Source of the DNA: Alphaproteobacteria bacterium
GTDB lineage: Bacteria; Pseudomonadota; Alphaproteobacteria; GCA-2731375
Assembly (NCBI GenBank): GCA_965225945.1
Contig: CBDDBZ010000039.1
Coordinates: 480,001 to 544,000 of the forward strand
Length of the DNA stretch: 64,000 bases
Direction of reading: 5' to 3'
Under the pieces are notes generated by a model, which was not told the DNA's origin, ran no database searches, and saw nothing but the letters and a program-made list of their open reading frames with translations. This document shows, one piece after another, positions 13,426 through 24,329 of this stretch (position 1 is the stretch's first letter; each line of letters opens with the position of its first letter). A program made the translations under genes and the position numbers.

Positions 13426-13776
13426 GTCGCCGGTCCCCTCGTTGTAGGTCTCGATGCACCTCTGGTGGCATTAGCGCATGGGCGTGGAGGGGCGACAAGC
13501 CGCGCGACGGCGCTTGCCCGGACGATCGCGTAAACGCGATCACCCTGAATTCTTCTTGTTCCCTCAGACGCCGGGCGCGCCCATCCGGGCGCTTGGCTTC
13601 GCTCGCATGGGCTCGCGGGGCCTCAATGGCCCATCCGCAGCCATTGACGCGGCATCAAGGACGTGTCCATCAATTCTGGCGATTGCCCCTCGGCGCTTGC
13701 ATCCGGGCGCGCCCGCGCGCTACACCCGGCGCCACGGGCGGATCGATTCCGCGATGGTGAGGGAGAGGGTGCCGCC

Positions 13777-14622
13777 ATGCACTATGGCATCGCCATGTTC
13801 GTGACCGACTATTCGATGGCGGCGGCGGAACTCGCCCGGGCGGCGGAGGAACGCGGCTTCGAATCGCTCTGGATGCCGGAACACTCGCACATCCCGCTCT
13901 CCCGCAGCTCGCCCTGGCCCGGCGGTGGTGAATTGCCGAAGGCCTATTACGACGTGATGGACCCGTTCGTGATGCTCGGCGCGGCGGCGGCCGTGACCAC
14001 GAATTTGAAGCTCGCGACCGGCATCTGCCTCGTGGTGCAGCGCGATCCGATCCAGCTCGCCAAGGAGGTCTCGACCCTCGACCAGATCTCGGGCGGACGT
14101 TTCCTCTTCGGCATCGGGGCTGGCTGGAACGCCGAGGAGATGGCGGATCACGGCACCGACTTCGCGACCCGCTTCGAGCTGATGGCGGAACGGGTCGAGG
14201 CCATGGCCGCGATCTGGACCGAGAGCAAGCCCGCTTATCACGGCGAATTCGTCGATTTCGAGCCGATGGCGACCTGGCCGAAGCCGCTCCAGAAGCCCCA
14301 TCCGCCGGTGATCGTCGGCGGCGCCTTTCCCCATGGCGCCCGGCGCGCGATCGCCTATGGCGACGGCTGGATGCCGATCGGCGGGCGCGACCAGGACATC
14401 GTCGAATTGTTGCCGCGCTTCCGCCAACTCGCCTCGGAGGCGGGCCGCGGACCGGATGATTTGCCGGTGACGCTGTTCGCCTTCCCCGAGGACGAGGCTC
14501 GATTGGGTCAGGCCCGCGATGCCGGAGTCGAGCGGGTCGTCTTCACGCTGCCGTCCGAGGCGGCGGGCGACATCGTGGCGCGCCTCGACGGCTTGGCCGA
14601 ACTCGCGGGCCGGGTCGGCTGA
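13777..14622 (+). CDS. LLM class oxidoreductase (F420-dependent-like subfamily)
   Basis: GFESLWMPEHSHIP, AKEVSTLDQISGGRFLFGIGAGWN, PKPLQKPHPP. Confidence 0.88.
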   Translation: MHYGIAMFVTDYSMAAAELARAAEERGFESLWMPEHSHIPLSRSSPWPGGGELPKAYYDVMDPFVMLGAAAAVTTNLKLATGICLVVQRDPIQLAKEVSTLDQISGGRFLFGIGAGWNAEEMADHGTDFATRFELMAERVEAMAAIWTESKPAYHGEFVDFEPMATWPKPLQKPHPPVIVGGAFPHGARRAIAYGDGWMPIGGRDQDIVELLPRFRQLASEAGRGPDDLPVTLFAFPEDEARLGQARDAGVERVVFTLPSEAAGDIVARLDGLAELAGRVG

Positions 14623-14641
14623 TCGCGGGGCGGAGTCCTCG

Positions 14642-15655
14642 GTGACCGTGACCAAGGATCTCGACAAAGTTTCCCACGATCCGCCGGCACGAATCCCCCT
14701 CGCCACCGCCAAGCATCTGAGCCGGGCCGCGCAGCTCGGCGTCGGTCTGCTGCTGGCGGGGCTACTGCCGGAGCGGGCCTGGTGGCCGCTCGCCCACGCG
14801 CTCGCGCGGCTCAAGGTGGCGCTTCGCCACGGCTACACGCAGCGGCGTTTCGGGCGTCTCGAGGCCATCTTCGGTCCGCGCCTGCCCGCGGCCGGGCGGC
14901 GGGGAATCGTCGTCGAGAGTTTCGCCCACGGCACCGTCGCCCACCTGCAACGCCTGCGCGAGAACTGGCCGGCGGCGTGGCGCCCTCGCGTCTCCGTCGT
15001 CGGCGGGGAGCATGTCGAGGCCGGCCTCGCCGGCGGGCGGGGCGTGGTGCTCTGGGTCTCGCGCTTCGTCTACAGCGATCTGGTGACCAAGAAGGGGCTG
15101 CATCAGGCGGGCCTCGCCGTCCATCACGTGAGCCGCCCCTCGCACGGCTTCACCGGGAGCCGCCTCGCCGAAGGTTTTCTCGATCCCTTCTGGCTCGCGC
15201 CCGAGGTCCGCTATCTGGCGGAGCGAATCGTCATCACCAGCGACGGCGCCGCCGCCGCCAGCCGCGCCATGCGTCGCCGCCTGAAGGCGAACGGCATCGT
15301 CTCCATCACGATGGGCCACGTCGGCCGCAAATGGTGTTTGGTGCCGTTTCTCGAAGGCTGGGTGATCCAGGCGACAGGCCCGACCAACTTGGCGCTCAGT
15401 GCCGGCGCGCCACTTTTGCCGGTGTTCACGACGCGAACCGCCGAGGGTGATTTCGAGGTCCACATCGAGGCGCCGCTCGCGGTGCCGGCGGCGGGCGAGC
15501 GGGACGCTCGCTTCGAGGCGATGGCGCGGGAGATGATGCGGCGACTTGAGGTTCGCGCCCTCGCCGAACCGTCACAGTTCATGTACTGGCGGGGTCGCTT
15601 CGAGCCGCTCCGCGTCGATTTCCACGCCCTCGACAGCGTGCAAGATCGCGACTGA
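14642..15655 (+). CDS. Lipid A/lysophospholipid acyltransferase family protein
   Basis: GGEHVEAGLAGGRGVVLW, VPFLEG..GPTNLALSAGAPLLPVF, PSQFMYW; start uncertain. Confidence 0.6.
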   Translation: MTVTKDLDKVSHDPPARIPLATAKHLSRAAQLGVGLLLAGLLPERAWWPLAHALARLKVALRHGYTQRRFGRLEAIFGPRLPAAGRRGIVVESFAHGTVAHLQRLRENWPAAWRPRVSVVGGEHVEAGLAGGRGVVLWVSRFVYSDLVTKKGLHQAGLAVHHVSRPSHGFTGSRLAEGFLDPFWLAPEVRYLAERIVITSDGAAAASRAMRRRLKANGIVSITMGHVGRKWCLVPFLEGWVIQATGPTNLALSAGAPLLPVFTTRTAEGDFEVHIEAPLAVPAAGERDARFEAMAREMMRRLEVRALAEPSQFMYWRGRFEPLRVDFHALDSVQDRD

Positions 15656-15682
15656 GAGTCGGACTTCGATAAGTCCCCGACG

Positions 15683-15766
15683 CCGGCCCTCTCCCCTGTC
15701 CCCTCCCCTGGCCAAACCACCTTGAGGGTACCATTCATGGTTGGTTTGGCCAGGGGAGAAGGCCGG
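15683..15766. repeat. Structured intergenic repeat R1
   Basis: Stem cccctggccaaacca / tggtttggccagggg around a loop containing gagggtaccatt; related copies at ~23278, ~24181 and ~61362. Confidence 0.7.
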
Positions 15767-15857
15767 TGATGGCGCCAAAAGTCGCCGATGGCGACATTTC
15801 GGTCAAACACCGAGGCTTTTCGCCTCTCGGGGGGCACCGCTATTCGAGGGCTTCGTG

Positions 15858-18295
15858 TTACCTGATCTCCGAGACGGGAATGGATCTCCGGCGTCTTTCG
15901 AAGACGATGATCGAATCGTAAAACGAAATGTTTCGCGTATTGGCGCAAAAATTGGACACTTTCATCGAACGCAATTGTTCGGCGGACTCTTCACGAAAGA
16001 CATCCTGTGCTCGACTCTCAAAATAGGGCTCATGCAGCAGATCAATGAGAGGTTTTACAAAATCGACAAATGTCGGATCCGTGTCTTGACATCTCGGCCA
16101 ATAGTTTGAATGAACGTCTTCAACTAGATATATGCCATCATCATTCAAGCTACTCCCATATAAACTGTTGAAACTGATTATTTGAAGAGACGTCTTATGG
16201 CCACCATCGTCGATGATGATATCGAATGGTCCGAATTTTTTCGAAATGAATTCGAGAAAACTCGCATCGCCTTGGTCACCTACCTCGACGAAGATATTGT
16301 TTTCTGGGTCTTCAAATGACTTACAATTCGTATCTATATCGATTCCAACAATCGTTGCCTTGGGGTGAAAATACTCGCGCCACATCTTGAGAGAGCCGCC
16401 GCGAAATACCCCGATTTCCAAGATGCGCACGTCAGATCGATCACGATAACGAGAGAAATATCTCTCATAAACTTCGAAGTAATGGTACCATTTATGAAGA
16501 TCATGGGTCGAATTCTTGAAAAAATGTAACTGCCCAGGTAGCTGATTTCGATGAGGCTGCGGATTGGGTCTCTGGGGGCAGATTTTGTGGGTTTGGGGCG
16601 CTGACGGCCTAGATTTCGTTTGACAGAGGGTGGTTGGTCGATTCTAAGGATTCGATGGATAGGGATGTTCTTGCCTTTTTGTCGAAAGACGAGCTGATCG
16701 ATGTGGTGCTGGCCCAAGGGTCGCGGCTCGCCGAGTTCGAACTCCGGCTTGGTGAACTCGAGCGCCGGCTTGGCCTGAACAGCACGAACAGCGGCAAGCC
16801 ACCGTCGAGCGATGGATTGAACAAGCCACCGGCGGGTAAAAAGAAGCGCACCAGGAGCCTCCGTAAGAAATCGGCCCGCAAGCCGGGCGGGCAAAAGGGC
16901 CACAAGGGCGAGACCCTGCGCCAAGTCGCCGATCCCGACGCCACCGTCGACCATTATCCCGAGACGTGCCAGTGGTGTGGTTCGGGATTGACGCCGGATA
17001 TGGCTACCGGCCATGGGGCCCGCCAGGTTTTCGATCTACCCGAGCCCCGGCCCCTGGTGGTCACGGAGCATCGGGCGCATCGCTGCCGTTGCGGGCATTG
17101 CGGCACGTACACTCGGGCTTCTTTTCCCGTCGCCATCACCGGCCCGGTTCAATACGGCGCTCGGATCGGAGCCATGGTGGTCTACCTGTCGCACTACCAA
17201 CTCCTGCCCGAGGACCGCCTGGCTGAATTGATGAAGGATCTGTTCGGGGCGGAACTGTCTCCGGCGAGCCTCGCGCGGAGGGGCGGGAACAGCGCCGAGT
17301 CCGTCCAAGGCGTCGTCGATGTGATCCGCGAACTGGTGAAATCGGCGCCGGTCAAGCACATGGACGAGACCGGCTTGCGGATCGCCGGGCGGACCCAATG
17401 GTTGCACGTCGCCTCGACCGCGCGGTTGACCTTCTATCGGGTCTCGGAGCGACGCGGCAGCCTGCTCGGCGGAGTCGGCGGCATCGTCGTCCATGACCAC
17501 TGGAAGCCGTACTTTACGATGGAGGGCGTACGGCACGCGCTGTGCAACGCCCATCACCTGCGCGAGTTGCAAGCCCTGATCGAGATCGAGAAGGAGGGCT
17601 GGGCACGCAAGATGCAGAGACTATTGCGCCGCGCCTGCCACGCGGTAAATCTCGCCCGGGAGCGGGGCGTGGCGCTGAAACCAGGCCTCGTCGAGCGCTT
17701 CCGAGGGTGTTACGACGCGATCACGGCCGAGGGCATCGCCTTTCACGAGGCACAACCTCCTCTTGCGCCCAGATCGAGCAAGGCCAAGCGCCGGGGAAGC
17801 AAGCCGCGCCGCACCGGGCACAACCTTCTCCGGCGCCTTCAGACACACAAGGAAGACGCGCTGCGCTTCCTCATCAATTTCGCCGTGCCGTTCACCAACA
17901 ATCAGGCCGAGCAGGACGGGCGCATGATGAAGGTCAAGCAGAAAATCTCCGGCGGCTTCCGCAGCCAGAAAGGCGCCGAAGACTTTGCCACCGTCCGCGG
18001 CTTCATCTCGACCGCCAGAAAACAGGGCTGGAACATCATCCAGGCGCTCATGGAAAATCCCGAAACCCTGATCGAGCGTCTCCACGCCGCCTAAAAGGCC
18101 ACCATGTACCTGGGCAGTTACAAAAAAATACACTGACAAGTCGTTCGACTGTATCCGAGTCATATCATAAGTCATTTCCGTATTCTTGAGGAGATTAGGC
18201 GACAGGTCCGGGTGCTCCAATCGGAACTTACCCGTGCGGGAGAGGCGAAGGCTAAACAGCCCGAGTGTTTTGTTAATGCAACGCAACATACCCAT
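15858..18295 (-). pseudogene. Class I SAM-dependent methyltransferase split by IS66
   Basis: Removing the IS66 restores ...SVYFFKNSTHDLHKWYHYFEVYERYF..RILEIGVFRGGSL..FDIIIDDGGH..GIYLVEDV. Confidence 0.8.
16526..18121 (+). mobile_element. IS66 family, single-ORF (ISBst12-like) element; transposase 16634..18094
   Basis: Terminal inverted repeat gtaactgcccaggta; near-perfect 8-bp target duplication (gaaaaaat / aaaaaaat); NSGKPPSSD, zinc ribbon, MDET, CNAHHLREL, TNNQAEQD. Confidence 0.95.
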
Positions 18296-18717
18296 GAATC
18301 GCGTCCCTTGGCGGTGCCCCGGTGGAGCGGGAGGCCTGGCGATTTGCGTCAAACCTGAAGCGCTCTGGGAGCGGACCGGCGCCCGTAGGGCGACGTGGCG
18401 GTTTCGATGCTTGCAATATTCACCAATGGTTTCCAGCACGATCGACTTCGGCAGCCCGGCCAACGCCACGCCGAATCGCAATCAGCTCTGCGGAGGTTCG
18501 GGGGTTACGGCAATCGCGACGACGTTTCTATCGTATTCCTGTGCCTCACCACATGCAAATATTGGAAATAGGGTATCCACTTCAGTCTCGTCATACGGAA
18601 AAACCAATGTGGATTCAATGACTAATGCTGAAATCGACGAGACGCTACCTTTTGCCGATTTTCTTTGGAATTTCAATGAGTTACGCATTGGCGAGGGAGA
18701 CTGAAGTGGATACCCTA

Positions 18718-19374
18718 TTATTGGAAAACAAACAGGCGCCGCCACGGCCAAAGGTCGAGGACGGGGTCGATGAAGGCCCACCAGCCGTCACCGGCTTCGC
18801 GCAAGCGGACGTTACGCCGCTCTACCTCCACTTCGAGACCCGCCTGGGCGAACAGCTCGAGTAGGGTTCGCCGGGTGAAGAAGCGGAGGTGCGTGCGGTC
18901 GTGAATGCCGCGCGTTCGGTAAGGCCAGCGCCCGCGAACCGCCAGGCACCAGAGCGTACTCACATGCGAGACGTTCGGGATGCTGGTGAGCACCTTTCCC
19001 TCGGGGCGAAGCAACGCGGCCGCGTCGCGAAGCACCCGCCAGGGATCGATCAGGTGCTCGAGGATGTCGCCGAAGACGACGACGTCGAAGCGTTCTTCCC
19101 CGACCAAGGCCGCGAGGGAAGCAATGTTCAGATCCGCTTCGAACACCTTGTCGAGTGATTTCCGAGCGACCTCCGCCATCCTTGGATCGGCCTCGATGCC
19201 CCAAACCCGGGCCCCGCGCTCCCGACGGAGATAGGCCCCGAGGACGTCGGTCGCGCAGCTGACGTCGAGGACATGTCCGGGCCGTTCGGGGAGAAGCCGC
19301 AGGACATCGCGGCGCAGCCCCACATAAGACGGATGAAATGCTTCCGCGCTTGCCGCCGCCTCAGGTCCGGCCAT
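18718..19374 (-). CDS. Class I SAM-dependent methyltransferase (glycan-associated)
   Basis: VLDVSCATDVLG, FDVVVFGDILEHLIDPW, GIHDRTHLRFFT. The glycine motif looks degenerate and the C-terminus may be truncated. Confidence 0.75.
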   Translation of the reverse strand: MAGPEAAASAEAFHPSYVGLRRDVLRLLPERPGHVLDVSCATDVLGAYLRRERGARVWGIEADPRMAEVARKSLDKVFEADLNIASLAALVGEERFDVVVFGDILEHLIDPWRVLRDAAALLRPEGKVLTSIPNVSHVSTLWCLAVRGRWPYRTRGIHDRTHLRFFTRRTLLELFAQAGLEVEVERRNVRLREAGDGWWAFIDPVLDLWPWRRLFVFQ

Positions 19375-20578
19375 GTGAATCTCCTCCAAGGCGGCGCGCG
19401 GATCCCTCGTCGGTCGCGAGCGCGCGCCGAACGGCGGACACCGCGACGGCTCGACCGGCGGCATGGCTGTAGTGCTCGGCCTGGCGACGACGGGCCGCCG
19501 CCGCCAAGGTCGCACGAAGCGCGGGATCCGCGAGGAGTTCGGCTATGGCGCCCGCCAATGCCGCCGGATCGTCCGGAGGCACCAGACGTCCGCATCCGGC
19601 CAGGATCTCGGGAACATCGTTGACGGCGCTGGCGACGATCGCGCACCCCGCGGCCATGGCGTCGAAAAGCTTGGCGGGGATTTGCCCCCGCGCGGCGGTT
19701 CCGGCGCGCGAGGGCACGCTGACCACATCGCAGGCGGCAAGGACACCGGCGAGCTCCGAGGCGGGAAACGGTATCAGATGGTGCACTCGCGCCGGGCCCA
19801 GGATCTCCCTGGCCTTGGCCAATACCGTCCGTGCATGCTGGCTTTCGGGATCGGCGCCAGCCAGCAGAAGCCCGGGGGCGGAGGGGCCCGCGAGCCTGGA
19901 CAACGCCTCGATGAGGACATCCACCCCCTTATGCGGACGCACGGTGCCGACGAACCCCACCCACGGACGATCGCCGACCTCGAGGTCGGCGTGCCGCGCG
20001 GGGCGTCCCGCGTCCAACCCGGGTTGTCGAACATGGTAGAGGAGATCGCCGCCGTAACGGGCCTGCAGCCAGCGGTTGGAAACCAGCTTGGGCCAGGTCA
20101 CGCGACGGGCCACGATCTCGCAAGCGCGTGTCGTTAGCCGGGCATTGAGATGCCCGGGCGCGATAGCGGTCCAGGTCTCATGGGTCAGCTCGGCGATGGC
20201 GTGGGCGATGCCGCGACCGGCCAGCCCCGGGAACAGGCCGACTTCCCAGTCATCGATGTCGAGTACGGCCGGAATGCCGCGCCGCCAAGCGAACCAGCCG
20301 GGCCCGAGGCTGGTGGGCAGCGGCTTCGAGATGACGAGCGCATCGGTTTCCCTGAACGGATCGCCACGCAGCGCATGCCAGCCCAACTGCAACGCGTTGG
20401 AGATGGGGATGGCCTGCACCGATAGGTGCAACTCGCGGGCCGGCGCCCAGAGCCCGGAACCTTGGTCGAACCCCACCAGGCGGACCTCGAAATCCTGGCG
20501 CAAGAGCTCGACCAGGAGTGTCGCCCGCATGACACAATTGGTGCCCAGGTTCGAGCACAATACAGAAACCCGGGTCAT
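19361..20578 (-). CDS. Glycosyltransferase family 4 protein
   Basis: FVGTVRPHKGVDVL, PAKLFDAMAAGCAIVAS, LVPPDDPAALA. Confidence 0.88.
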   Translation of the reverse strand: MTRVSVLCSNLGTNCVMRATLLVELLRQDFEVRLVGFDQGSGLWAPARELHLSVQAIPISNALQLGWHALRGDPFRETDALVISKPLPTSLGPGWFAWRRGIPAVLDIDDWEVGLFPGLAGRGIAHAIAELTHETWTAIAPGHLNARLTTRACEIVARRVTWPKLVSNRWLQARYGGDLLYHVRQPGLDAGRPARHADLEVGDRPWVGFVGTVRPHKGVDVLIEALSRLAGPSAPGLLLAGADPESQHARTVLAKAREILGPARVHHLIPFPASELAGVLAACDVVSVPSRAGTAARGQIPAKLFDAMAAGCAIVASAVNDVPEILAGCGRLVPPDDPAALAGAIAELLADPALRATLAAAARRRQAEHYSHAAGRAVAVSAVRRALATDEGSARRLGGDSHGRT

Positions 20579-21103
20579 CCCTCGCCATTCCCTCGTCGGA
20601 CCAGGTCGGCGAAGCCCGTGGAACTTATCTTCAAAGCCACGTCATCCGTTTCGCCCCTCGCGCCAAGCCCAGGTCAAGGTTGATACCCGCCCTTCGACGG
20701 AATGACCGTCGGCACCCGACATGAAACATCCAACTTTCTTTCGAGATTCCGCGATGTTTCGGATGACCGTCGCTTCCGCGCATCACAATAACCATCTGCT
20801 CTCTCGACGACAATTAGGGCCGTCTCGATGGCTGGGCTCGAGCGGCTCTCTCGCCTCGGGTTGCGCATGCGGGAATGTGTGGCCTAGATTGCTCCCCCGA
20901 TGTGAGGGGAGATCCCGTTCGGAGTGGCCTTCTTGTTCATCGAGACGTCGGCGATCATCGATATCTTGCCGGCAACGCCGCGCGGCGACGACGACGTGCC
21001 CGGGTTTCTCGCGAACAGCCGGAATTTTCGGGACTTGCGGATGCGAGGAATCGATCCGAATTTCGTGCGGGACAATCCTTCCCCGTCTCACGGGGCCGCC
21101 ACG

Positions 21104-21228
21104 TTGCGGGGCTTGAAAGAACTGTCGATTGGTATCTGAACAACGAGGACTGGTGGCGCGTGTCGCAAGACCGATGTGAGTTCCGAAAGAGATTGGGACG
21201 TACTCGAAAAGATCCGAAAGTCAATTGA
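21104..21228 (+). pseudogene. rfbB: dTDP-glucose 4,6-dehydratase C-terminal remnant
   Basis: GLERTVDWYLNNEDWWR..RLG; directly upstream of rfbA once the IS is removed. Confidence 0.7.
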
Positions 21229-21231
21229 ATT

Positions 21232-22292
21232 CCTGATTACGCACTTTACTCAGCCGGATTGATGTGGTACAAATCATGAACATTTGGTGGTTTTACAGGA
21301 GATTCACGATGCCACGCAACAAGGTTCAGTTCCAGAGGGGGCTCAGCGAGCCGCGTTTTCGTGAGTTGTACGGTACCGAGGAGCAGTGTCGCGAGGCCCT
21401 GTTCCGCTGGCGCTGGCCGGAGGGGTTCGCCTGCCCCCGACCGCTGGCCGGAGGGGTTCGCCTGCCCCCGATGTGGCGCCACGCGCCATTGCGAGATCGC
21501 CGGGCGAAAACTTTACCAATGCGCCGCCTGCCGTCATCAAGTCTCGCTGACCGCCGGCACGCTCTTCCACGCGACCAAGCTGGCGCTGACCCTGTGGTTC
21601 TCGGCGATCTATCACATGACCCAATCGAAGAAAGGGATCTCCTCCCTCGAACTCGGCCGGCGGCTCGGCGTCACCCAGACCACGGCCTGGAAGATCAAGC
21701 AGAAACTGATGCAGTCCATGCTCGAGCGCGATGCCAAATTGCCGCTCACCGGGCGGGTGGAGATGGACGATGCCTACCTCGGCGGCCGCCGTTCCGGGGC
21801 CAAGCGCGGCCGGGGCGCGCCGGGCAAGACGCCGTTCGTCGCCGCCGTCCAGACCACGAAGGAGGGCCAGCCCGTGCGCATCAAGCTCCGCCGCGTCAAG
21901 GGCTTCCGCAAGAGCGAGATCGCCAAGATGGCCAAGCGCGACCTGAGCCCGCTGGCGACGGTTGTCAGCGATGGGCTCGGCTGCTTCACCGCGGTCACCG
22001 CGCAAGGCTGTGCGCACCATCCGATACCCACCGGCTCCGGACCCGGGGCCGTCGCCGTGCCCGCCTTCAAATGGGTCAACACCACCCTCGGCAACCTCAA
22101 AAACACCCTGCGCGGTACCTACCATGCGATCCGACCCAAGCATGTGCCGCGCTATCTGGCGGCGTTCCAGTACCGATACAACCGCCGCTACCGGCTCGCC
22201 GACATGATCGAAGCCCTCGGCCGCGATGCCCTGCGCACGCCGCCCATGCCATATCGGCTCCTGAAGTTGGCTGAGGTTAGTGCGTAATCAGG
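21232..22292 (+). mobile_element. IS1595 family (IS1595 group) element; transposase 21309..22287 frameshifted
   Basis: Inverted repeats start cctgattacgcact; target duplication attgaat(t/a); zinc ribbon, [24 protein letters not shown]; 31-bp-period tandem duplication at 21411-21471. Confidence 0.92.
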
Positions 22293-22299
22293 ATTGAAT

Positions 22300-23175
22300 A
22301 TGACGAATCGAAAGGGCATTATCCTTGCGGGCGGATCGGGAACGAGACTATACCCGATTACCATGTGCATATCAAAACAACTACTTCCAGTTTACGATAA
22401 GCCGATGATTTATTACCCTTTATCGGTATTGATGCTGACGGGCATTCGTGAGATTGCCATAATCACCACAGCGGAAGATCAGGCGCAGTTCAAACGTCTT
22501 CTCGGCGACGGCTCGCAATGGGGCATTGCCTTCACCTACATCGTGCAAGTTTCGCCCGATGGCTTGGCGCAGGCTTATCTGTTGACCGAGGAGTTCTTGG
22601 CGGGTGCACCATCCGCGATGGTGCTTGGCGACAACATTTTTTTCGGACAAGGCCTATCGGTGTTGTTGCGCGAAGCGGATGAAAAGCACTCTGGCGGGAC
22701 CATCTTCGGCTACCAAGTGTCCAACCCGCAGCGTTATGGTGTCGTTGATTTTGACGGCGAAGGTAATATCCGCGCCATCATTGAAAAGCCGACGTCGCCA
22801 CCGTCGAACTTCGCCGTGACCGGACTTTATTTTCTCGACGGCGGCGCACCCGAACGGGCACGTCGGGTGAAGCCCTCGCCACGCGGCGAGTTGGAGATTA
22901 CGAGTCTTCTCGAAACGTATTTGCATGAAGGCACATTAGCGATAAAACCCATGGGAAGAGGCTATGCATGGTTGGACGCGGGCACTCATGAAAGTTTACT
23001 GGAAGCGTCGAACTTCATATCCACCGTGCAGAAACGGCAAGGCTTGGTCGTGGCCTCACCCGACGAAGTCGCTTTTGCTCGGAACTGGATCGATGGCGCC
23101 AAGATTAGGGAGCTAGCGGCATCGATGGACAAGAACGGATATGGTCAATATTTGCTAAGTCTCTTGGCAGATTGA
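22300..23175 (+). CDS. rfbA: Glucose-1-phosphate thymidylyltransferase
   Basis: GIILAGGSGTRLYP, SKQLLPVYDKPMIYYPL, RGELEIT, AWLDAGT. Confidence 0.96.
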   Translation: MTNRKGIILAGGSGTRLYPITMCISKQLLPVYDKPMIYYPLSVLMLTGIREIAIITTAEDQAQFKRLLGDGSQWGIAFTYIVQVSPDGLAQAYLLTEEFLAGAPSAMVLGDNIFFGQGLSVLLREADEKHSGGTIFGYQVSNPQRYGVVDFDGEGNIRAIIEKPTSPPSNFAVTGLYFLDGGAPERARRVKPSPRGELEITSLLETYLHEGTLAIKPMGRGYAWLDAGTHESLLEASNFISTVQKRQGLVVASPDEVAFARNWIDGAKIRELAASMDKNGYGQYLLSLLAD

Positions 23176-23277
23176 AGGCGAGATATCCTATCCTAATGGC
23201 GTTTGAATTAGACGGTTCGAACAATTTCAATCGCGGTTATCGAGTTGCGATCTTATACCAACCGAGCTAAGTCCTGA

Positions 23278-23358
23278 CCGCCCCGCTCCCAACCACCCAC
23301 GAGGCTACCAATCCTGGGTGGTTTGGCCAGGGGAGAAGGCCGGCGGAGCGGGGCCGCC
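23278..23358. repeat. Structured intergenic repeat R2
   Basis: aaccacccacgaggctaccaatcctgggtggtttggccaggggagaaggccgg; 25 bp identical to R1. Confidence 0.7.
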
Positions 23359-23367
23359 CGTACGCCG

Positions 23368-24093
23368 CTAATCCTCCAGGCGTCGCCAACCGTCCGGGCT
23401 CAGGAACTCGACCGGGCGAAAGCGCGCCTTGTAGGCCATCTTCGGGCTCTCGGCGATCCAGTAGCCGAGATAGACATAAGGCAGGCCCTGCCGGCGCGCC
23501 TCCTCGATATGCCAGAGAATGATGTGCAGGCCCGGGCTCGGGAGCGGGCTGTCGGGATCGAAGAAGCTGTAGACGAGCGACAGGCCGTCGTGGAGCACGT
23601 CGGTCAGACAGACCGCGTGCAATTCGCCGCTCGGCCGGCGGAACTCGTAGAGCCGCGTCACCACCGGGCTGTCCTGCACCATGGCGCAGTATTCCTCGAA
23701 GCCCATCGCTACCATGCCGCCTTCGCCGTGGCGGGTCGCGACGTAGGCCTCGAAGAGCTCGAAATGCGCGCCCGCCGCGATCGGCGGCAGGCGCCGTGTC
23801 CGGATCGCCTTGTTGCCGTTCCAGATGCGACGCATCGATCGGCTCATCCGATAGGACGCGACCGGGATCCTGAGCGGCACGCAAGCATTGCAGGTCGGGC
23901 AGTTCGGCTTGTAGGCGATCGACTGGCTGCGGCGGAAGCCGGCCCGCGAGAGCTGGTCATTCAGGTGGCTCGGATCGCCGACCCCGCAGAGGTCGGTGAA
24001 CACCATCTGCTCGTCGCGATCCGGCAGATAGGGACACGCCGCCGGACGGGATACGTAGAAATAGGTCAGTGGTTCGGGCTTGAAATGCTTCAT
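23368..24093 (-). CDS. Arginyltransferase-like aminoacyl-tRNA-protein transferase (Bpt/Ate)
   Basis: CPYLPDRDE, GFRRSQ..YKPNC..C.AC, YVYLGYWIAESPKMAYK. Confidence 0.92.
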   Translation of the reverse strand: MKHFKPEPLTYFYVSRPAACPYLPDRDEQMVFTDLCGVGDPSHLNDQLSRAGFRRSQSIAYKPNCPTCNACVPLRIPVASYRMSRSMRRIWNGNKAIRTRRLPPIAAGAHFELFEAYVATRHGEGGMVAMGFEEYCAMVQDSPVVTRLYEFRRPSGELHAVCLTDVLHDGLSLVYSFFDPDSPLPSPGLHIILWHIEEARRQGLPYVYLGYWIAESPKMAYKARFRPVEFLSPDGWRRLED

Positions 24094-24180
24094 TCTTGCC
24101 TTTGCCTCACGCCAGCCCGAGGATGATAGCGGATCGGGTCGCCGGTCGAAACGGGCTTATGATACCAATCGACGTAAGTC

Positions 24181-24274
24181 CCGGCCGCCCCGCTCCCCCT
24201 CTCAACCAGCCGCGAGGGTACCATTCCTGGGTGGTTTGGCCAGGGGCGAGGGACGGGGGACCGGGGCGGCCGGG
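24181..24274. repeat. Structured intergenic repeat R3
   Basis: aaccagccgcgagggtaccattcctgggtggtttggccagggg inside an outer stem ccggccgcccc / ggggcggccgg. Confidence 0.7.
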
Positions 24275-24329
24275 GAGTCGCCATTTATGGCGGTTGGCAT
24301 GATCGGTCTATCGCGGGAGGGCATGGGCG

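Noticed and set aside
18300-18704. ORFs in low-GC spacers (also 20580-21100, 54250-54495)
   Set aside because: No motifs or convincing starts; probably gene debris.
15683-24274. CRISPR array
   Set aside because: The repeats are dispersed and degenerate, with no regular spacers and no cas genes.
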